DNA of 64,000 bases from assembly GCA_963784935.1 (NCBI GenBank), contig CAWATD010000006.1, positions 270,175 through 334,174 on the forward strand. Direction: 5' to 3'. The first letter of the stretch is position 1. Each line of letters opens with the position of its first letter. A model generated the notes under the pieces. The model searched no databases. It was given only the letters and a program-made list of their open reading frames with translations, and was not told the origin of the DNA. The position numbers and the translations under genes are program-made. This stretch comes from an uncultured Acidobacteriota bacterium. GTDB taxonomy: Bacteria > Acidobacteriota > Thermoanaerobaculia > UBA5066 > Gp7-AA6. Below, in pieces: positions 12,940 through 22,844 of the stretch.

Positions 12940-15663
12940 GTGAGCGCCCAGGATCCCTGCCGACGCTGCGGTGCGATGGCTCGCTCGAAATCGGAGGGCG
13001 AGCTGTGTCAGGCGTGCCTGATGGAATTGGGTCTGGAGACCGGTCTGCAGGCGGGCGTGCGTCTGGGTCCCTACGAGATCCTGGAGCCGATCGGCGCGGG
13101 CGGGATGGGCGAGGTCTACCGGGCGCGCGACGACCGGCTCAAGCGGGAAGTCGCCATCAAGGTGCTTTCCGCCTCGTTCCTGGCCGATCCGGATCGACTC
13201 CGGCGGTTCGAGCGGGAGGCTCAGTCGGCCTCGGCACTCAACCATCCCAACATCATCGCGGTCCACGACGTCGGGTCGCACGACGGGTCGCCTTACATCG
13301 TCAGCGAGCTTCTGGAGGGGCAGACGCTGCGCGAGCGGCTCAACGCGGGACCCCTTCCGTCGCGCAAGGCGATGGAGTACGCGGCGCAGATCGCCCGAGG
13401 CCTCTCCGCGGCCCACGCAAAGGGGATCGTCCATCGGGACCTGAAGCCGGAGAATGTCTTTCTCACGCGGGAGGAGCACGTCAAGATCCTCGACTTCGGC
13501 GTGGCGAGCTCGCGGCCGCCCCAAGCGGGTGCGAGGGCGCAGACGTCCCTCACGCAGCCGGGTGTCATCCTGGGGACGCTGTCCTACATGTCGCCGGAGC
13601 AGGTCAAGGGGCAGGCGGTAGACGCCCGGTCGGACATCTTTTCCTTCGGAGCGATCCTGTACGAGATGCTCACGGGCAACCAGGCGTTCCGGCTCGACTC
13701 GGCCGCGGAGACGATGTCGGCGATCCTGAAGGAGGAGCCGCCGGACCTGTCGGAGTCTGGGCAGAGCATTCCCACGGGCCTCGAGCAGATCGTGCGGCGC
13801 TGCCTCGAGAAGGATCCGCAGAATCGCTTCCAGTCGGCCAGCGAAATCGCCTTCAAGCTCTCGGAGCCATCCGCCCCGGTCGTCTCGGGCGCCTCTCGGA
13901 GCGCCGCGCCTCCGGCGGGAAAGCGAAGGCTTGCCGTCGGTGCGGCGGCCGTGGCCATGGCCGCGCTGGCCGTCGCGGGTGTCTTCCTCGTGAGGCATTC
14001 CCGCCGGAACGCGTCTCCGAGGAGAATCGCGGTCCTCCCGTTCGAAAACCTCGGCGCTCCGGGGGACGAGTACTTCGCCGACGGCATGGCCGACGAAGTC
14101 CGGGGCAAGCTCATCTCGCTCCCGGGGATCCAGGTGATCGCGCGAGGCAGCTCGACCCCGTACAAGAAGACGACGAAGACGCCGACCGAAATCGCGCGAG
14201 AGCTGGGCGTCGAATACCTGCTGACCGCCACGGTCCTGTGGCAGAGGAGTGCGGGAGGGATGAGCCGCGTGGAAGTCAGACCCGAGCTCGTGGAGATCCC
14301 GGTCTCCGGCGCGCCGACCTCGAAATGGCAACAGCCGTTCGACGCCGCGCTGACGGACGTTTTCCAGGTCCAGTCGGTCATCGCGTCGCGCGTGGCGCAA
14401 GCGCTGGATGTCGCGCTCGGTGCGAGCAAGGAGAAGCGGCTTTCCGGGAAGCCGACCCGAAGCATGGCCGCCTACGACAGCTTTCTCAAGGGCGAGGAGC
14501 TCTGGCATGGGGCAAGCAACGATGCGGCCAGCTTGCGGAAGATGCTGGTCTTCTACGAACAGGCCGTCGAGTGGGACCCCGGGTTTGCGAGGGCCTGGTC
14601 CAGGATCTCGCAGTCCAACTCGAGGCTCTACACCGACACGATCCCGACCCCCGAGCTGGCCGAGCGCGCGCGACGGGCTGCGGAGAGAACGCGCGCGAGC
14701 GCGCCGGACGGGCCCGAGGGATATCTGGCGCTCGGCGGCTACGAGTTGGATGTCGCCGGCGATCCAGGGCGTGCTCTCGAACAGTTCGAAAAGGGGAGGA
14801 GCATCGCTCCGGGCGACGCGGATCTCCTCAGGGAAACGGCGCTTGCCGAGAAGGCTCTCGGGCGCTGGGATGCGGCGGTGGAGCATTTCCGGCAGGCGGT
14901 GGCGCTCGATCCCCTTTCGGCGTCCAGCCTGGACGATCTCGGCGGCGCGCTTTTCTATCTGCGGCGCTATCCGGAGGCGCGGGAAGCCCTCGACCGCGGC
15001 CTCGCCCTTGCGCCGGCCAAGCTCGATCTGATCGAGGACAAGGCGGCAACCTACCTGATGGTCGGAGATCTGGCCGGAGCCCGAGCCGTGCTCGAGGCGG
15101 CGACCAACGCGGTCGAGCCGGCGGCTCTCGTTGCCTTCATGGCGTACGCGGGCGACTTCGTGTGGGTCCTCGACGAGCCTCAGCGAGAGCTGCTCCTGCG
15201 CTTGCCGCCCAGCGCTTTCGACGACGATCGGGGTGTCTGGGCCCTCTGTCTCGCCCAGGCCTACGCCCTGAGGGGCGACTCCCGGAACGTTCGCACCTAT
15301 GCCGAGGAGGCGAGAAAAGCGTTCGAGGAGCAGGTTCGCGCCGCTCCCGCCGATGCGCAGCGTCGCGTCTGTCTGGGCCTCGCGCTGGCATACCTCGGTC
15401 GGAAGGAGGACGCGATCCGGGAAGGGGAGCGCGGCGTCGCGCTCGGTCCGGTATCGAAGGATGCAGTGAGCGGTCCCTACTATCAGCATCAACTCGTACG
15501 GATCTACACGCTCGTTGGCGAGCCGGAGAAAGCCCTCGATCGACTCGAGCCGCTCCTGAAAATCCCCTACAGCGTTTCGCCGGGCTTGCTGCGGATCGAC
15601 CCCAACTTCGACCCGCTGCGCGGAAACCTCCGCTTTCAGGAGCTCGTCGCAGGCGGCACGTAG
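12940..15663 (+). CDS. serine/threonine protein kinase with TM segment, TolB-N-like module and C-terminal TPR domain
   Basis: 907 aa. Hanks kinase motifs ([28 protein letters not shown]); a single TM helix ([21 protein letters not shown]); an ILPFENLG... TolB-N-like module; TPR-like C-terminus. Confidence 0.9.
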   Translation: MSAQDPCRRCGAMARSKSEGELCQACLMELGLETGLQAGVRLGPYEILEPIGAGGMGEVYRARDDRLKREVAIKVLSASFLADPDRLRRFEREAQSASALNHPNIIAVHDVGSHDGSPYIVSELLEGQTLRERLNAGPLPSRKAMEYAAQIARGLSAAHAKGIVHRDLKPENVFLTREEHVKILDFGVASSRPPQAGARAQTSLTQPGVILGTLSYMSPEQVKGQAVDARSDIFSFGAILYEMLTGNQAFRLDSAAETMSAILKEEPPDLSESGQSIPTGLEQIVRRCLEKDPQNRFQSASEIAFKLSEPSAPVVSGASRSAAPPAGKRRLAVGAAAVAMAALAVAGVFLVRHSRRNASPRRIAVLPFENLGAPGDEYFADGMADEVRGKLISLPGIQVIARGSSTPYKKTTKTPTEIARELGVEYLLTATVLWQRSAGGMSRVEVRPELVEIPVSGAPTSKWQQPFDAALTDVFQVQSVIASRVAQALDVALGASKEKRLSGKPTRSMAAYDSFLKGEELWHGASNDAASLRKMLVFYEQAVEWDPGFARAWSRISQSNSRLYTDTIPTPELAERARRAAERTRASAPDGPEGYLALGGYELDVAGDPGRALEQFEKGRSIAPGDADLLRETALAEKALGRWDAAVEHFRQAVALDPLSASSLDDLGGALFYLRRYPEAREALDRGLALAPAKLDLIEDKAATYLMVGDLAGARAVLEAATNAVEPAALVAFMAYAGDFVWVLDEPQRELLLRLPPSAFDDDRGVWALCLAQAYALRGDSRNVRTYAEEARKAFEEQVRAAPADAQRRVCLGLALAYLGRKEDAIREGERGVALGPVSKDAVSGPYYQHQLVRIYTLVGEPEKALDRLEPLLKIPYSVSPGLLRIDPNFDPLRGNLRFQELVAGGT

Positions 15664-15786
15664 GCTACCGGGGGTGCCGGCCGCCAACTTCGGCCGATGG
15701 GTTGACGCGCGACCCCTGTTACCTTTCTTTACGGCTGCTTCTTTTCCTTCTTGAGACCACGAGGGGACTCGGCCGAGGGGGAAGAC

Positions 15787-16005
15787 ATGAGCAGGAGCAC
15801 AGCCGCGAAATTTTGCCGAACATGGCTTCTGGTGAGCTTGGCTCTCGCCCTGGCGGGCATCGTGACACTCGCGGGGACGGGCCAACGGGAATCACGAGCC
15901 TCGGTCAGAGCACAGCCTGCCGAGGTTTCGGTGCCCAGCAGCTCCGAGATCCGTCCCGTGACCGCGCGGGCCGAGACCGACACGCTGGATCTGCAGCTGG
16001 ATTGA
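15787..16005 (+). CDS. small hypothetical membrane/secreted protein (72 aa)
   Basis: Internal ATG of ORF 15751..16005, preceded by a GAGGGGG ribosome-binding site. N-terminal hydrophobic segment CRTWLLVSLALALAGIVTLAG. Confidence 0.4.
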   Translation: MSRSTAAKFCRTWLLVSLALALAGIVTLAGTGQRESRASVRAQPAEVSVPSSSEIRPVTARAETDTLDLQLD

Positions 16006-16118
16006 AAGTGGGTGGATTGAAAGGGAGGTTCCTCGCGCACGAGGTTCCGCTTACGACCGAGGGGACAAGGGCCCTCCGAGGCACTGACCGGGGACGTCGG
16101 GGACGACAGGGAGGCGGG

Positions 16119-17780
16119 ATGCTCAAACAGCCGGTCGGCTCGGCGGGGACTGGGAAATCGAAACTGGAGAGTGTCATGGCTCCGGAGACTCTCGCAGCAG
16201 AAGGATGTCGAACGGCTGGCCGATGGCTCATCACGTTGATTCTGGCCATGGCCCCGGCAGGGGCCTTTGGGCAGATGATCGACAAGACCCAGGCGCCGAA
16301 CGCGGCCAACGACGGGATCAACAAATCGCTGGCAGACCAGGTCGGAGCGGGGCGCGGGAACTCGATGACCCCGGACTCGGCGGCGTTCCTCATAAGTCGA
16401 GACCCCTTCCGCTCGATCCGCCGCGGTCGCCAGATATTTCAGCGCAAGTTCACCCGCGTCGAGCAGCAGGGACCGGGTGTTCAGGACGGGATCGGAGACA
16501 TCAACACGGTGATCACGATCGGAGCGGGCCTTTCGGATAGCTGTGCCAGCTGCCATGGCCGCCCGCGCGGGGCCGCCGGAACAGGGGGAGATGTCGTTAC
16601 CCGCCCCGACAGCCGGGATGCGCCGCATCTCTTCGGCCTTGGGCTGAAGGAGATGCTGGCCGACGAGATTACGGGCCGTCTTCGGCAAATCCGAGCGGAT
16701 GCCGTCGCCGCCGCCCAGAGCCGAGGTCGGTCGGTGACCAAGAAGCTCCAGGCCAAGGGCATCGACTACGGCTCGATCACGGCTTCGCCGAACGGATCCG
16801 TGGATATCACTCAAGTCGAAGGCGTCGATCCGGACCTCCGTGTGCGGCCTTTCTTCGCGCACGGGGGAACTATCTCGATCCGCGAGTTCGTCGTCGGCGC
16901 GCTCCACGGGGAGATGGGTCTGGACGCTGCCGACCCGGATCTCGCCCGGGCGAGCGCGCAGGGGCAGGTCGTGACGCCCGCCGGCATGGTTCTCGACGGC
17001 ACCCTGGACCGCGTCGAGGCTCCGCCCGTTGCCAATCCCTCCTTCAATCCCGACGGGATCGTCGCCGGAAGCGAGGTTCCTACGGCCCTGGTGGACCATC
17101 TCGAGTTCTACCTGCTGAACTACTTCAAGCCGGCGACCTACAAACAGTCTCAAGTGACCGTCATGGGCAAGCGGACGTTCCGGGAGATCGGCTGCGCCTC
17201 CTGCCACGTGCCCGACCTTCAGATCGATCGAGACCGCCGGGTTGCTGACGTCGACACCGTCTACGATCCGAAGCGCGGGATCTTCAACAACCTCTTTGCG
17301 ACGGCGACGCCGCTCGTCAACTCGGTGGCCGACGGCAGCGCGTATCCGCCCCTGAAGAAGCCCAAGCTCCAGCCGTTTCTCGTCACAAACATCTTTACCG
17401 ACTTCAAGCGCCACGATCTGGGGCCCAGTTTCTACGAGCGGAATTGGGACGGCACTCTGCAGAAGGAGTTTCTGACCCGGCCCCTCTGGGGAGTCGGCAG
17501 CAAGGTCGCCTTCGGGCACGATGGGCGAAGCATCAATCTCACCGAGGTCATCCTTCGACACGGGGAGGAGGCTGAGCAGGCTCGGAACGCTTTCGCAAAC
17601 CTCGACGAGGATCGGCGCCAGGCGATTCTGGTGTTCCTCAACTCCCTCGTGCTATTTCCGCCGGACGACACGGCCTCCAGCCTCGACCCCGGGGACCCGA
17701 ATGCGCAGTCCTTCCCGCAGTTCGGCCACGGCAGCATCAAATTGACCGTCCTGTTCAACGATCCGACGAACAAGGAGTGA
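16119..17780 (+). CDS. di-haem cytochrome c peroxidase-like protein (DUF1111 / thiol oxidoreductase family)
   Basis: 3-prime part of ORF 13005..17780. Two CxxCH haem motifs (CASCHGRP, CASCHVPD) and a signal-peptide-like N-terminus. An alternative start lies at 16176 (MAPETL...). Confidence 0.8.
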   Translation: MLKQPVGSAGTGKSKLESVMAPETLAAEGCRTAGRWLITLILAMAPAGAFGQMIDKTQAPNAANDGINKSLADQVGAGRGNSMTPDSAAFLISRDPFRSIRRGRQIFQRKFTRVEQQGPGVQDGIGDINTVITIGAGLSDSCASCHGRPRGAAGTGGDVVTRPDSRDAPHLFGLGLKEMLADEITGRLRQIRADAVAAAQSRGRSVTKKLQAKGIDYGSITASPNGSVDITQVEGVDPDLRVRPFFAHGGTISIREFVVGALHGEMGLDAADPDLARASAQGQVVTPAGMVLDGTLDRVEAPPVANPSFNPDGIVAGSEVPTALVDHLEFYLLNYFKPATYKQSQVTVMGKRTFREIGCASCHVPDLQIDRDRRVADVDTVYDPKRGIFNNLFATATPLVNSVADGSAYPPLKKPKLQPFLVTNIFTDFKRHDLGPSFYERNWDGTLQKEFLTRPLWGVGSKVAFGHDGRSINLTEVILRHGEEAEQARNAFANLDEDRRQAILVFLNSLVLFPPDDTASSLDPGDPNAQSFPQFGHGSIKLTVLFNDPTNKE

Positions 17781-17870
17781 ATGGCACAGAGGCTCGGCCA
17801 GCCTCGGCGAGCCCCAGCGCTCCGCGTGTTTTGCTCCAGCTGCCGCGGCTCGGGGCTGCCGAGAAGCGGG

Positions 17871-20115
17871 CTAGGAGGTCGACTCGCGGAGCTCGAGCCG
17901 TCCGGCCGGAACGTCGCGCCGCTCGGTGACGCGCCCTGAGGGCCAGCGCACCGTGACTCGGTCGGCCATGTCGCGGCTGCCGAGGCCGAAGTAGAGCTCC
18001 TTCGGGCCGGACGAGAGGAACGAATAGCCCGCCGAGACGACCTGGGTTCGGGAGAGCCCGCCCGCCTCGACGGTGACGGTCGCGCCGAGGGCGTCTCGCG
18101 TGGAGCGGTGGGGGCCCGGCGCCTTCGGGTCGCCCTCGAGGTAAACGACGAGCGACTTGGCCCTCGAGGGATTCCGGTTCATCCACAGCGCCGGCGGCTG
18201 GAGGAATCCGGTCGCGAAGAGGTCGGGAGCGCCGTCGCCGTCCACGTCCACGACGACGACGCCGCGCTGATTGCCATCCGACTCGAGGCCCGCGACCGCC
18301 GCGAGTTCGTCGAAGTGGCGGCCGTCCCGATTGCGGTAGAAGCGTTTGGGCGGGTGCCCCCAGAGCGAGTCGTCGCCGAAGTCAGCCGTCGGGATTCCTT
18401 TCTCGAACTTCCTGTACTCGACCGACATGAGGTTCCAGAAGTCGATCTCGCGCTCGGTCTCGTTCCTGCCGGTGACCATGCCGTTGACGACGAAGAGGTC
18501 CGCCCGGCCGTCGAGGTCCGCGTCCACGAAGACGCAGCCCCACGACCAGGACGTGTCCCAGACGTCGGCCTCGGTCGAGGTGCGCTCGAAGCGGTCGCCG
18601 CCGAGATTGCGGAAGAGCGAGGAGCCGCGCGAGAGCGACTTGAGCTTACGCCACACGATCGGCCGGCCGAGCGAGTAGGGAAACTCCGGCATCGGGTAGC
18701 GCGGGTCGCGCAGGAACCAGTTGAGCGGGAAGGAATAGTTCGAGACGTAGAGGTCCAGGTGCCCGTCGCCGTCGTAGTCGTCGATCGCCACGCCCATCCC
18801 GAACCCGGGATCGAGCACCCGCCGCTTCCCGCGCGATGTTCTCGAAGGTGCCATCGCCCCGGTTGTGCAGGTATGCGTGGTTGCCGAAGTCGTTGGCGAT
18901 GTAGATGTCGGGCCAGCCGTCCTCGTCGAGGTCGGCGGACTCGACCGCGAGGCCCCAGCCCGGATCGCCGGTGCCCGACTTCTTCGTGACGTCGGTGAAC
19001 GTGCCGTCGCCGTTGTTGTGAAAGAGGCGGTTCGGGGGCGCGTTGTCCGCCGGAATGTTCGGCCCGCGGTCCGGGTGCCCGTACACGAGGACGTAGAGGT
19101 CGGGGTTGCCGTCCCGGTCGTAGTCGAGCGCCGCGGCCGACGTGCTGTAATCCTTGAAGGCGACGCCCGCCTTTGCGCCGACCTCCTCGAACGTCCCGTC
19201 GCCGCGGTTGCGGTACAGGAGGTTCGGTCGGTCGAGGTACGTGACGTAGAGATCCGGCCGCCCGTCGTTGTCGTAATCGAACGTCAGCGCGCCGAGGGCC
19301 TCGCCTTCCTGTCCGCCGACTCCGGCGCGGGCGGTCGCGTCCTCGAAGGTCCCGTCGCCGCGGTTGCGGTAGAGGCGGTTGCCGTCGCCGCCGGCGATGT
19401 AGAGATCCGGATGGCCGTCCCCGTCAAAATCGAGGACGGCGGCGCCCGGCGGCAGGTGCTCGCCGGGGATCGGGACGTTCTTCGAAGCATTCGGGAGGAA
19501 GGCCCGGTGCGAGGACGTCAGGCCCGCGGCGGCGGCACGTTCCTCGAAGAGAGGTTCCGGGGCCAACGCTTCGAGCCACGCAAGGACCGAGCCCGACTCC
19601 ATCCGCCAGCCCCCGCCCGGAACGGGCGCGAGCGTCGCCAGGATCTTGCCGCCTTCCTGGAGCAGCTCGCCATGCGTCCCACGCCCGGCCAGGAAGAGGC
19701 CGAGCACGATCTCGCGCCGGTCGCCGCGCCGCCGGAAGTCGAAGATCGTGGCTTCGGTACGGCCGAGCGAGGAGAATCGAGCACGCAGGGACTCGAGCCG
19801 GGCGCTCAGATCGACGGCCGCGGCCTCGGCGGCGGGCCCGGCCGGCGCGCGGTAGACGGCGATCGTCAGCAACGGCCGGGCGGCGACGGGTATCAGGCCG
19901 TCGCCCGGAAGAGGGCCGCTCCAGAGGAGCGGAGCCGCGAAGAGAGCGGGAGAGAGCGTTCCGGCCTTCCATGCGCCGAGAAGCGCCTCGGCGTACGCCG
20001 ACGTCCCGTCCGAGTAGTCCTCGAGGGAGGGCAGCTTGCCCTCGCGGCGCGAGGCACAGGCCGAGACGATGAGCAGAGCGGCCGGCAGGAGTCGGACGAG
20101 CAACGGCGGCCGCAT
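17871..20115 (-). pseudogene. CRTAC1/ASPIC-UnbV family lipoprotein (FG-GAP/VCBS-like repeats), interrupted by a frameshift (pseudogene or indel error)
   Basis: ORFs 18646..20193 and 17871..18854 together encode one protein. Lipoprotein signal MRPPLLVRLLPAALLIVSAC, repeated NRGDGTFEDV/DxDGDGxxDL motifs, and a C-terminal ASPIC/UnbV-like part. The frames switch within 18646-18854. Confidence 0.65.
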
Positions 20116-20128
20116 CGACGAAACTATA

Positions 20129-21205
20129 ATGCGCGCTACAGTGCCCTCACTGCCCGAGCGGCTCCGCCAGCGCATCGCCCGCGAGGGCCCCATCTCCTTT
20201 TACGACTTCATGCAGGCAGCGCTCTACGACCCGGCTCAGGGTTATTACTCCCGCGGCGCGTCGATTGGCGAAGGGGGAGACTTTCTGACCTCGCCGCACG
20301 TCTCGCCGGCGTTCGCGGCGTCGCTCGCACGGCTGTTCGCGGTCGAGGCCGAGGGCTCCCATGGGCCGTTGGACCTCGTGGAGGTCGGGGCGGGCGGCGG
20401 CCGCTTTCTCGAGGACTTCGCCGCGGCGCTCCAGCGGATCGATCCTGGCCTCCACGCGCGCCTCCGGCTGACGGCCGTGGAAGGCTCTCCGGCCGCGCGC
20501 CAGGCGATTGCGGCCCGGGGAATCGAGCCTGTGCCTCGCATCCTCGGGACCGCGCAGGACCTCGCCGAGGGCTCCGTGGAAGGATGGATCTTCTCGAACG
20601 AGCTCTACGATGCGCTGCCCGTTCTGCGCGTCGTGGGCGCGGAGGGCGGCCTTCGGGAGATGCGCGTGGCGGCGCAGGGCGACCGCTTCGTCTGGGCCGC
20701 CGCTGCCGCACCCGATGACATGCGCGAGCACCTTGCGGGATTCGGCGTGGTCCTCGAGCCCGGCCAGAAAGGGGAAATCGCGCCGGACGCGACTGCCGTT
20801 CACCGGCATCTGGCCCGCGCGCTCGGCCGGGGGTCGCTCGTGGCCTTCGACTACGGACACCCGGCGCGCATCCTCTATCACCCGTTCGCGCGTCCCGAGG
20901 GAACGCTCGCCGTGCACATGGGGGGCCGGCGCGGCGGCGACCCGTTGGAAGACCCGGGAGAGCGGGACCTGACCGCGCACGTGAACTGGGACCTGCTGCT
21001 CGCCGCCGGCGAAGCCGAGGGGCTGCGCGCCGAGCGCCTGATGCGCCAGGGGCTCTTCCTGTCGGAAATCGGCATCCTCGACTTTGCGGGCAGCGACGCG
21101 GAAAAGTGGCGGATTTTCCGCCTCATCGATCCCGAGGGCATGGGCGAAGAGATCTCGGTGCTCGTGCAGAGGAGAGGTGTGGCTCCGGGCGGCGCACGCG
21201 ACTGA
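20129..21205 (+). CDS. SAM-dependent methyltransferase, MidA/NDUFAF7 family (complex I assembly Arg-methyltransferase homolog)
   Basis: Internal ATG of ORF 20036..21205. Conserved N-terminus LPERLRQRIAREGPISFYDFMQAALYDPAQGYYS, then GDFLTSPHVSPAFA and LVEVGAGGGRF. Confidence 0.8.
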   Translation: MRATVPSLPERLRQRIAREGPISFYDFMQAALYDPAQGYYSRGASIGEGGDFLTSPHVSPAFAASLARLFAVEAEGSHGPLDLVEVGAGGGRFLEDFAAALQRIDPGLHARLRLTAVEGSPAARQAIAARGIEPVPRILGTAQDLAEGSVEGWIFSNELYDALPVLRVVGAEGGLREMRVAAQGDRFVWAAAAAPDDMREHLAGFGVVLEPGQKGEIAPDATAVHRHLARALGRGSLVAFDYGHPARILYHPFARPEGTLAVHMGGRRGGDPLEDPGERDLTAHVNWDLLLAAGEAEGLRAERLMRQGLFLSEIGILDFAGSDAEKWRIFRLIDPEGMGEEISVLVQRRGVAPGGARD

Positions 21206-21242
21206 CGCCGGGCGCGCAAGCGTCAGCGCAGAGGCGCCCGGC

Positions 21243-21275
21243 GTCATCCCGAGGGCCAAAGGCCCGAAGGATCCC
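21243..21275. repeat. REP-like palindromic intergenic repeat, copy 1 (GTCATCCCGAGGGCCAAAGGCCCGAAGGATCCC)
   Basis: Member of a repeat family with consensus GTCATCCYGAGG-N8-14-CCGAAGGATCSC; see findings. Confidence 0.6.
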
Positions 21276-21374
21276 TTTCAAGTCTCCACGCAGCTCACGA
21301 AGGGATCGAGAGCCTTTCGCACCGGTGACAAAGGGTTTTGCTTCGCATCCCGCGTCCGATAGAATGCCGCGCCA

Positions 21375-21731
21375 GTGGGTCACTACTTCCCAATCCTGAT
21401 TTTCGCCCTGCTGGCGGCTGCGCTGCCTCTGGGCACCATCGTCGCCGCCCGCGTCATCCAGACCCGGCGGCCCAATCCCGCCAAGCTCGAGCCCTACGAG
21501 TGCGGCATCGAGGCCACCACGTCGGCCTTCGACACCCGATTTTCGGTCCGCTACTTCCTGATCGCGGTCCTTTTCGTCGTTTTCGACGTCGAGACGATCT
21601 TCCTGTTCCCGTGGGCGATCATGTTCCACCGCCTCGGCCTCTTCGGCCTGGTCGAGATGCTCGTTTTCCTCGTCATCCTCGTCGTCGGCTACGTCTACTG
21701 CTGGAAGCGCAACGCCCTGGACTGGGCTTAG
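21375..21731 (+). CDS. nuoA: NADH-quinone oxidoreductase subunit A
   Basis: 118 aa with 3 TM helices and the NuoA/ND3 motif ...[10 protein letters not shown]...; GTG start. Confidence 0.9.
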   Translation: MGHYFPILIFALLAAALPLGTIVAARVIQTRRPNPAKLEPYECGIEATTSAFDTRFSVRYFLIAVLFVVFDVETIFLFPWAIMFHRLGLFGLVEMLVFLVILVVGYVYCWKRNALDWA

Positions 21732-21764
21732 AGTCCGCAGGCACAAGGTTTAAGAGGGAGCTCC

Positions 21765-22250
21765 ATGGGCCTCGTCGACAACCGGTTCGAGGACAACGTC
21801 GTCACGACGACGGTCGACTCGGTCATCAACTGGGCCCGCCGGTCCTCGATCTGGCCGATGCAGTTCGGCCTGGCCTGCTGCGCGATCGAGATGATGGCCG
21901 TGATGGACGCCCGGCACGATCTGGCGCGTTTCGGCGCCGAGGTCTTCCGCGGAACGCCGCGGCAGTCGGACCTGATGATCGTGGCCGGTACCGTGGTCGA
22001 AAAGATGGCCCCGATCGTCAAGCGCCTCTACGACCAGATGCCCGAGCCCAAGTGGGTCATCGCGATGGGCTCCTGCGCCACCTGCGGCGGACCGTACAAG
22101 ACGTACGCGGTCACGCAGGGGGTGGACCGGATCGTGCCGGTGGACGTCTACATACCCGGCTGCCCGCCGCGGCCCGAGGCGCTCATCTACGGCATCATGG
22201 CCCTCCAGAAGAAAATCGACCGGATGAAAGTCATCCGGAAGGCCTCCTGA
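21765..22250 (+). CDS. nuoB: NADH-quinone oxidoreductase subunit B
   Basis: 161 aa with the N2 cluster motifs [20 protein letters not shown] and PGCPPRPE. Confidence 0.95.
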   Translation: MGLVDNRFEDNVVTTTVDSVINWARRSSIWPMQFGLACCAIEMMAVMDARHDLARFGAEVFRGTPRQSDLMIVAGTVVEKMAPIVKRLYDQMPEPKWVIAMGSCATCGGPYKTYAVTQGVDRIVPVDVYIPGCPPRPEALIYGIMALQKKIDRMKVIRKAS

Positions 22251-22844
22251 TTGGCGGACGTCGAGAAGGCTCCCGGCGAGGAGAAGAAGCCAAAACCAGG
22301 AGCCGTCGATGCCTCGGGCCACCCCTGGGTCCAGGCGATCCGCGCGACACTGCCCGACACGATCGTCTCGGCGAAGGAGTTCGCCGGCCAGGTGACGGTC
22401 GTCGTCCAGAAAGACGCGATCGCCCGCGTCGCGCGGCACATCAAGGACGACCTGGACTTCAAGTACTGCGTGGACGTGACGGCGGTCGACTGGAAGGACC
22501 GGAGCCCCCGCTTCGAGGTCGTCTACCACTTCTACTCGTTCTCGAAGAACGCCCGCATCCGCGTCAAGTGCGCAACGGCGGACGGCGAGGACGTGCCGTC
22601 GATCGCGGCGGTCTTCCTCTCGGCCAACTGGTGCGAGCGAGAGATCTGGGACATGTTCGGGATCAGGTTCTCCGGGCATCCCGACCTGCGCCGGATCCTG
22701 ACCTGGGAAGGATTCAACGGGTTTCCGCTGCGCAAGGACTTTCCCATCGAGGGCATCGACACGGGTGCCGCCGTCTATCCCGAAGAGTGGCCCGAGGGCG
22801 GCGGGCCGTCGCAGAAGGACTCCAACCGCAAGGTCGTGTCGTGA
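22251..22844 (+). CDS. nuoC: NADH-quinone oxidoreductase subunit C (30 kDa)
   Basis: 197 aa 30-kDa subunit (ERE(I/V)WDMFGI); TTG start immediately after the nuoB stop. Confidence 0.9.
   Translation: MADVEKAPGEEKKPKPGAVDASGHPWVQAIRATLPDTIVSAKEFAGQVTVVVQKDAIARVARHIKDDLDFKYCVDVTAVDWKDRSPRFEVVYHFYSFSKNARIRVKCATADGEDVPSIAAVFLSANWCEREIWDMFGIRFSGHPDLRRILTWEGFNGFPLRKDFPIEGIDTGAAVYPEEWPEGGGPSQKDSNRKVVS

Noticed and set aside
13005-17780. 1591-aa plus-strand ORF spanning the Ser/Thr kinase gene and beyond
   Set aside because: The 5-prime 3 kb overlaps the kinase gene in another frame and is low-complexity Arg/Gly/Ala-rich, typical of high-GC frame artefacts. Only the 3-prime part (16119-17780, the DUF1111 protein) is real.
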